Origin: Lingula anatina
Taxonomy: Eukaryota > Animalia > Brachiopoda
Direction of reading: 5' to 3'
NCBI GenBank assembly: GCA_051362555.1
Contig: CM120646.1
Span: 12,710,001-12,774,000 of the forward strand
DNA: 64,000 bases
Below the pieces are notes generated by a model, which searched no databases, was not told the DNA's origin, and was given only the letters and a program-made list of their open reading frames with translations. Each line of letters opens with the position of its first letter. The stretch's first letter is position 1. Position numbers and translations under genes: made by a program. Positions 1 to 8,100 of the stretch are shown here, in pieces.

Positions 1-118
1 GGTTGAAGTCAGTTGCATGTCGACACGCATCTTCTTCACTACGCTGAATGTATCTAGCACAGGTGAAACCATACTAAATAGCTGGTATATACAGGGTTTT
101 GAGCGGGGAGAGACACAT

Positions 119-153
<35 letters not shown>

Positions 154-435
154 TTTGATTTCTGGCTCATTCCAGAGTCAGTTTGGTTTATATTCGCATT
201 TTCTTTGCGCTAATTTGTTCATTAAGTTTTTAAGTTTAATTCATCTCTCCTTCTCTCTCTCTCTCTCTCTCTCTCTGGCGACACATCTTCCATTCTGTGT
301 ACGAGCACACGGAGATTCTGCCCTGACAGTTACTGCTTCCAAAGTGCTTTTTGAATCACTCATATCATCTCCTTAAAAATTCAATTTTAAATTAAGAACT
401 AAAACTACTTTGAATCCTATCTTTAATTCTTCCAG

Positions 436-1786
436 CGTCTCAGATGTGCTATGTGTGTTCCTACACGATGTCTGGGGACCCTAGCCGGGACTATGAGTGT
501 GTGAATGACCCGGCTAATGTGAAGACAGGGTCGGTGAAGATAATGTGTGATAAGTGGTGCACGGTACACAAAGTCACACAGCGAGGTGAGGTGTTTGGAA
601 GCTTTGGTATTTTGACTATCTGTTTTAGAGAGAACTTATATAAACAACATGATTAGCTGATTGAAGGGAAAGGGTCGTGCACCAGTTTTTGCGTTTTTTC
701 TTTTTTTTCTTTCTTTTTTTTTTTTTTTTTTTTTTTTTTGTTTTTGTCGCTAATCCTTATGTGTTAGCCTCTCCTTTCACACAATGTCTTTAAATTTTTT
801 AATTAATGAGCTTGTTTCGGATAAAGAAATTATACTGTTTGTCTTGTGGTACAGATGGAAATGTTTTAGTTTTTCAATAGTTCTCCTGTTTCATGCAAAC
901 GTTCATCCCCTTATCTGAAATGATGTCAAGTTGTCAATTTCCCTGGTACAGTTTGATAAAAAAAAAATCTGCTTCTGCGTGTATAACAATTGATCATGTT
1001 AAAATCTCTTGTCTGTTTACTATTTCTTGAGTATATACAGTTTGCGCTATATTATCCTTATCTTGTCTGGTAGCATAACAATTTTATCACAGAAGTAAAT
1101 GCGAGATGCCCCTTATGATTTTTTTCATGTAGTTGATATTTTGATTCTTTGGGAAAACTTAAATTCCGAATGTTTTCATTGCGAAGTCATTTCCGTTCGT
1201 GTTTCAATACTCTTTCTAGCCTTCTTAAATGAATAGTAGTACCGAATTTTTTTAACGTTTCATCAATATTACAGGTTGTTTAAACGGTAACTTGGCATAA
1301 TGAAGTAATACTGAATGTTGCTTACTGGTTTTAAGATACCAATTTATTAATATTGCATGTTGTTAAAATGGTTACTATAGGTATAATGAATTAACACTGA
1401 ATGTTATTAACTCACCTTTTAATAATGCTTTATTGGTATTGCATGTTGTTTAATTGGTAACTGGGCATATTGAGAATTAACTCGGTGCGGTACACTAACA
1501 CATTGCTGTTACAGGTTCTGGGAAGATCTGGTCTTTCTCCAGACAGTGCCAGGACCATCTTAAGGAACAATGCGTCGCTGGGCCGTACTATGAATACACC
1601 AGATCGTGTGACACCGACCTCTGCAACTCTGAGAACGGGGAGACTATTAAATGCAGTGACGTCGGACCTACTACTACTACTACTACTGGTGGTGGTGGTG
1701 GTGGTGGTGGTGGAATTAACTCTGTCTCCATCGCGCTCCTCGTTCTTACAACTTTGCTTACTGTTCTCGGTGCTTTGGTGGTTTAG
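436..1786 (+). CDS. Ly6/uPAR three-finger (quiver-like) GPI-anchored protein, locus 1, isoform with terminal exon 3a; 5' signal-peptide exon not confidently located
   Basis: Exon 436-585 (ttccag|...CGAG|gtgag) encodes SQMCYVCSY...YECVND...IMCDKWCTVH. Exon 1515-1786 (ttacag|, phase 1) encodes GSGKIWSFSRQCQDHLKEQC...RSCDTDLCN, a Thr6-Gly9 spacer and hydrophobic tail IALLVLTTLLTVLGALVV*. CxxC start, terminal CN motif and GPI-like tail fit the LU fold. Confidence 0.85.
1265..1490. repeat. Degenerate tandem repeat, ~3 copies of ~85 bp
   Basis: Unit resembling TATTGCATGTTGTTTAA..GGTAACT..GCATAATGAATTAACACTGAATG recurs at ~1265, ~1349 and ~1435. Confidence 0.7.
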
Positions 1787-2589
1787 AAACGCCTTAGTGA
1801 TTGTTTTGCCATGTTTATTGTTAACTAATCATAAAAATGTTAGTCAAATGTGATATTTTCTATAATCTCTATTGAGCAACCGACTTTCCTTTACAAAGAC
1901 TCATTTAGACTAAGACCATCTGAGAACTTTTTAATTGTAGTTTTTCAAAGACTAAGATCTGTACCAGGATGTGTGTCTGGCCAACCAACCTGCTATATAC
2001 AACAAATCTAATAATGAATAATATATAATATTTGCTTTGGGGCATCCAACGCGTAATTTGAAAACGGTTAAAGACCCATTGTTGCGATGCACATCTTCAC
2101 TGACTGCATAAAATGCTTTGAAAATATGTGAATTTGAATATTTACATCTATTTTGAGAATGATTTATTTTTTGGTCCTGGTATTGCATGCTTTTTAAAAA
2201 TTCAATTAAACAATTTCATTAATACTGGGTTGATTTTGTTGATTTTCGAACTATTTGGGTCGAACTGATTGTATGTGGTAGTAGAATTGTTTTCAAATGA
2301 CGATGAAAACACATATATACATCGCGTCTGGTTAGCATCTAATCATGCTCTCCTAAACACATGCCTGAAAAAAAGTGATATTACATTGTATTGCTGTCAC
2401 CGCGTTTTACACGCATTTCGATTAGGTTTATTATTTCACAAATACAAATCTCAATTAAGTTCCTACTTTCTATAATATAAACAGAGTTGAATTATTTAAC
2501 GTTATAACAACATATAAAAACGGACACATGCCGATGCAAATTGCGAATGCAAAGACCAACCAGATTGCCTTGTTGTTAGAGTGTCCTCC

Positions 2590-2855
2590 TCCTAAACTGG
2601 ATATGCTATCTCCCTGCTTGGTACTCGGCACTTAAGTGTTGGAGCAGGGGTAAAGTTCCTGGTAGTGAAGGATGTTGTTCCTATGCTAGCTTCCAGCGCC
2701 GCATACGTCAGCTGGGCTGGATCCCTCCCAGGGAGGCGAGAATGTATACACCCATCTGGTACCAGGGCCAAAACTAACCAGACGTATAATGTAGACCGCA
2801 CTTAGGCGCATTTGGAGAGCGGTATCTGACAACTGAACTTTACTTTTACTTTCCT
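2590..2855 (+). mobile_element. Probable 5'-truncated SINE fragment
   Basis: GC-rich island with CTCCCTGCTTGGTACTCGGCACTTAAG, resembling from memory the conserved core of metazoan tRNA-derived SINEs, ending in a (CTTTA)n-like tail. Family not verified. Confidence 0.5.
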
Positions 2856-3176
2856 TTATTTTCAAATTGTCATAGCCTGTATATACGTCCTGTCTTTGCA
2901 TGTCTTTTATTGCAATGGCAGTCGTGTGCCTCTGGTGACGTGTCTTTGTTATTTAGAAAAATATACAAAGGGATCTTATATAATGCTGAAACAATTAACA
3001 CTATCTCATTATGGCGAATAGTTCCGTATAATAAAAAAGCAATGCCGTCAGGAAGCAGTGGTGTACGTAGCATATAACAAGATGAACGGCTTAACAGTTT
3101 AATAACATGCATGCAATAACATTTTAAGTTTTTTCCACCTAGAACCCTTCATAAATTGTGATTGTATATTTGCTAG

Positions 3177-3547
3177 ATACCGGTAAAATCTGGTCCTTCT
3201 CTAGAGGTTGCGAGGAGTACAAACAGACCCAGTGCATAGATTCCGCCTACACCGAGTGCTCAGAGTCATGCAACGGCGATCTCTGTAACAGCCTTGACTA
3301 CGGTACTCCACCTATCGGCGGGACGGACAATGAAGATCCTGCGCAAGCGCAAGACTACGTTTCCACGACAACGGAGACAACAACGCGCACAACTCTGAAT
3401 TGGATCAAAGTTACAAATGCCAATATCATTCACGGTTCTCATAATGATAATCGACGCAGGATCACGAATAGTGGATCGAAATTTAGTTTATCTTGTTTTA
3501 TCTTTATTATCTCGTTGCTTGCGGGACTGTCGAAAACGTACGTGTGA
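3177..3547 (+). CDS. Second C-half Ly6 terminal exon (3b): alternative last exon of locus 1, or an orphan partial duplicate
   Basis: Acceptor ttgctag| at 3176, phase 1. Encodes DTGKIWSFSRGCEEYKQTQCIDSAYTECSESCNGDLCN, a Thr-rich stalk and hydrophobic tail FSLSCFIFIISLLAGL. AATAAA at 4027. No N-half exon seen between 1786 and 3177. Confidence 0.8.
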
Positions 3548-4437
3548 CGAAACACTGGGGTGTGGCTAGCATTAGTTAGGGCCTACATAATTTATATCCA
3601 GAAACCCCAATCCGTCGTAGACCGTTGGGTATTATTTTCTGAGCCACGCATTCAAGCAGCGTCTTTGTTTTATCTTCCCTATTTAATATTATAAAGCACG
3701 TCATTCGTGTTCACTTATCGCGTAGGGTTAAATAAGGCTACTTTGATGTATTGTATAGGCCTACGTTTTTTATATTGTATATGTTTATATTCTTTCTATA
3801 GGCCCTATAATTATTTAAAAGTACAACTATAAAGAATTTATCTTCAGCTCTATATCTAAAACAATTAAAGGTGAGGAACAATTAAGTTATCCAGTAGCGG
3901 TTCCATTTTACCAAACGTAACTACATGTAGGCTTACTTGTGGCCTATGTTACAAGTAGGCCTACTTCTAATTGGTCCTAATAAAACTTCCAGTATTGTCG
4001 CTTTTGAAATAACCGTTATTTTCATAAATAAACAATATTTATAACATATTATTCCTGTTTTCATTCCAAACCATTAGTCTTTTCAACAAGCATTTCAAGT
4101 GAGTCAAAAAGACAAGCATCTTTTATTGCTGTCCAGACAACTAGGCCTAGGCCTACTTATTACTGTTAAAAGTTGTGTTTTTATAAGTCGTTTCAAATCG
4201 CTTTCAATGACACCGCGTTCGTGTTGTTAGGGAAAATAAGTGTATCATATCTCATCAGTGTATCGTATCAATGAACCATCAGTGTTCATAGCTGATAACA
4301 AGTAGGCCTATGTTAACTGTTCGAGAGCGAATTAAGCATTATCAAAACAAACCAGATAACCACCACTCTGATACTGTTCACGTCAATCTGCAGATTTGAA
4401 CTCACTCAAAGTCACGCAGGTCATGGCCGTTACACGT

Positions 4438-5154
4438 TGTAACTGCAGCCAGTAATGTTAGTGATTGCGATAGATGCTCTCACAAGATTGCGACGGAAGT
4501 ATGCATTTTTTTTGTTTGCGTTTATTTTACTACGCGGGAAAATAAGTTCTGCACGAAGATAGCTTACTTAACTTATCTTTTACACTTTGTGATTGTGTTT
4601 CTTTAAATTATTATTGTCTTTTGGTTTTCATTATTTACATTTTTGCAGTTAAACATATATATATATTTTTTACATTGTTAAAACGCAGTCATTTTTGTTC
4701 TTCCGGTACTATTTTTTGTTGTAAGATGTCCGAAACCATGTGGTTTCATGCAAAAGAGCGCTTCACATTTAACAGATATTTCTTAAGTCAAGGTAATTTT
4801 ATTTATCTTTTTTATTATATAACAATAGTTAAAGGCTAATAATTTAAAATGCAAAAGTAACAAAATGTCCAAACCTAGAAGTAAGTCTTATAACTTAAGT
4901 GTGTAAGCGAAAGCGTGTAAGCGAAAGCCCTTATTAGAAAAACTGTATAACAAGTTAATGAGTATACTTAGATTGTAACGCAACGAAAGGTAAAATAATA
5001 ACGAACGAAGTCTAAGTACTATATTTGTTTATTATTACAGGATTACAGTAAAGGGTATAGACATCAACGTTTTCACTGTTAAACTAATGGAGATCATGAC
5101 TTGTATTTACGGAAGAATAAAAAGAATACAACTGCAATATGAGCCTCCGTTATA
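4438..5154 (+). repeat. 5' LTR (717 bp)
   Basis: Begins TGTAAC, ends GTTATA; AATAAA at 5116; internal 14-bp tandem duplication GTGTAAGCGAAAGC near 4902-4929. Confidence 0.95.
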
Positions 5155-8100
5155 GTGAAAACGAGTCAACCAATTCCCTAACGAAGAAAAGAACTGTAAC
5201 GATGACAGAAAAGGGAAAGGAATATTCTGTTGAGATACAAGGTAAAAGATGTAAGCGACTCTTTGGAGAACTGTCAAAAATTATGGAACGGTGCAATGCC
5301 ATAATTAAAGAAGGTGGCAGCAAGACATTACTCAGAGAAGAATATGCAGAATGGTTGCAGAATTGTGACCAATATTTTGAAATTGAAGATAATTTGTTGA
5401 AATTACAAAGCCATTCTGACTCAGCAGTTATTGATGAGCCTCGCAGAAAAATATTATTGGAATTCAAGAGAATTATGGAGCAGAATTTATCATCAGTTAC
5501 TGAGCACACTGAAGACTCTAAATCAGTCAGTACCAGATCAAGAACCAGTTCTCGTGGCTCCTCAACGTCAAGTCTTTTGAAATTGGAGGAAGCACAGAAA
5601 CAAGCCGAGTTGAGCATTCGTGCATCAGCCATGAAAGTCAAGCAGGAATTGGAGCGAGCAAGGTTAGAATTGAAATTTAAAGAGGAGGATTTAGAAATGC
5701 AGACTAGTTTACGTGTATCTCAGGCTAAAATTGATGCTTTAAATGAGTTTGACAAGATACACATGCCCTCAGTTTCCCTGCCAGTGACTACAGAAGCATA
5801 CACAACAGATGTTTCCCTGCCTGCAACTGCAGCTGTACACGTGCCCTCAGCTTCCCTGCCTGTGACTACAGCTGTTTATACACCTGAGGTTTCCGTGCCT
5901 GTGACTGCAGTTGCTTCAACATCAGAGGTTCCCGTGTCAGCATCTACAGCTATTCATGCACATATGTTGTCCGTGCCTGCGACTACAGCTGCTTATACAC
6001 CCGAGGTTTCTGTGCCTGTGACTACAACTGTCTTACCACCAGAGGTTCCCCTGTCAGCGACTACAGCTGTTCATGCACATGTGATGTCTGTGCCTGCGAC
6101 TACATCTGTCTATACTCCAGCTGCTTCCCTACCTGTGACTGCAGCTGTGCGTGTACCCTCAGTTTCCCTGTCTGCACCTGATGTTTCCGTGCCCATAGCT
6201 ACAACTGCACACATGCATGCAGGCTCTACGCCTATGGCCACAACTGATCACACGCCAGCAGTTTCCCTCGATGGTTTAACAGAAGCTCTTCAACAGAGTT
6301 TGTCTTTAGGACGCCTACCTGTTCCAGAACCAAAGGTATTTGCAGGTAATCCATTGCTGTTTCCTGAATGGAAGAACTCCTTCTCTGTCTTAATTGGAAG
6401 AAAAGCCCTCAATGCTACTGAGAAACTCTTTTTTCTTAGGAAGTATACAGCAGGGCCTGCTGCTAAAATGATTCAGGGAGCTTTCTTAAGAACAGATGAA
6501 GCAGCATTTGATGATGCCTGGAGAAAGCTGAACGAAAGGTTTGGAGATGAGTTCCTGATACAGAAGTCTTTCAGAGAAAAGCTAGATAAATGGCCAAAGA
6601 TTCCAGAAAAAGATGGAAATGCACTCAGAGACTACTCAGACTTTCTGAATGCTGTATGTGATGCCATGCCGCACGTCAAGGGACTCACAGTTTTGAACGA
6701 TTATAGTGAAAACAGGAAAATGGTTAACAAGCTACCACAGTTTGTATCACACAGATGGAATCGTCAAGTGACAAGGTCTATGAAAACTGAAGGCTACCCC
6801 TCCTTTCGTGACTTTTGTGCTTTCCTGTCGGAAGAATCAGAAGTGGCTTGCAATCCCATTACCTCTCCATTGGTGAACAAGGTGCATGATACGGTCAGAG
6901 CTCTAAATGTTAATGCTGGTGTAGCAGAGAAAAAATTGTGCACATATTGTGAGAAAGAAGGTCATTATATCTCTAGATGTCATGACTTTGGCGCTTTAAC
7001 GATATCCAAGAAAAGGGAGTTTGTGGTGAAAAAGAATTTGTGCTTTGGATGTTTAGGACAGGGACACAGAAACAGTGACTGCAGAAGAAAACATGTATGT
7101 GGTACCTGTAAGGGCAAGCATCCAACCTGCATGCACGAAGAAAGGCAGCCACCTACCAGCAGAGAAACTCAAAGTGTAAATTCTCTCAAAGTCAATCAGC
7201 ATCACCGTCAGAGTAGCACCACCATGATAGTGCCTGTTTGGGTGTCTACACAGGAAAATCCAGAACATGAGGTGTTGACCTACGCACTTTTGGATACACA
7301 GAGTGACACTACATTTTTATTAGAAGATACGGCTGCTGCTTTAAATGCTGAAACAGAGCATGCCACACTTAGTTTATCAACAATGTTAAGTCAAAAGTCC
7401 CTCATAGACAGCAAGAAAATCAGAAGATTGCGAGTAAGAGGATTCAAGTCTACTGAGACATTGGAGATTGATCAAGCATTCACTAGGGAGTTTATACCAG
7501 CTGACAGAACACAAATTCCTACGAGAAAAACTGTATCAGACTGGCAACATCTAAAGCCTCTTTTGAACAAGATTCCTCCCCTACAGACTTGTGATGTGGG
7601 TTTACTCATTGGTTTTAATTGTCCACAAGCATTGCTACCTAGAGAGACCCTGGTTGGTGGAAATAGCGAGCCATATGCAGTGCAGACTATACTTGGGTGG
7701 AGTATTGTTGGCTGCTCTTCAAGAGATAACTTAGCTTCAGTTTGTCACCGTGTGACGACAAAGGAGGTGTTTCCTTGTATGCCAAGAGACGTTATTAATG
7801 CCTTAGAAAAGGATTTTGTTCACGACAAGACCGAAGTTGAGATGTCTCAAGAAGATTTGCAGTTTTTGAGAGTACAAGAAACCAATATACAGCAGTTGGA
7901 TAATGGTCACATTCAGATGCCATTGCCATTCAGAAGACGACCAGCTCTCCCTGATAACAAGTCCCAGGCACTCCAACGCCTTGATCATCTGAGACGCAAG
8001 TTTGAGCGAGATCCAAGTTATCGTGAATCGTACACGAGCATGGTGCAAGGTATTATAGACCGAGGTGAGGCTGAAGAAGCTCCAGATGATACCATTAAAG

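Noticed and set aside
17-376. 119-aa ORF, and 17-62 as the signal-peptide exon of Ly6 locus 1
   Set aside because: The ORF runs through (ATTT)n and (CT)n repeats. 17-62 is phase-compatible but weakly hydrophobic with a poor donor (gtgaaa), so it is left unassigned.
1470-1853. 127-aa ORF with poly-Leu/poly-Val
   Set aside because: Wrong-frame reading of Ly6 exon 3a, where (ACT)n(GGT)n encodes Thr/Gly.
4425-4437. Flank CCGTTA resembling the LTR end CCGTTATA (possible target preference)
   Set aside because: A 6-bp match at a single site is compatible with chance.
4621-4839. 72-aa ORF, repeated at 11820-12038
   Set aside because: AT-rich chance ORF inside the LTRs; duplicated only because the LTR is.
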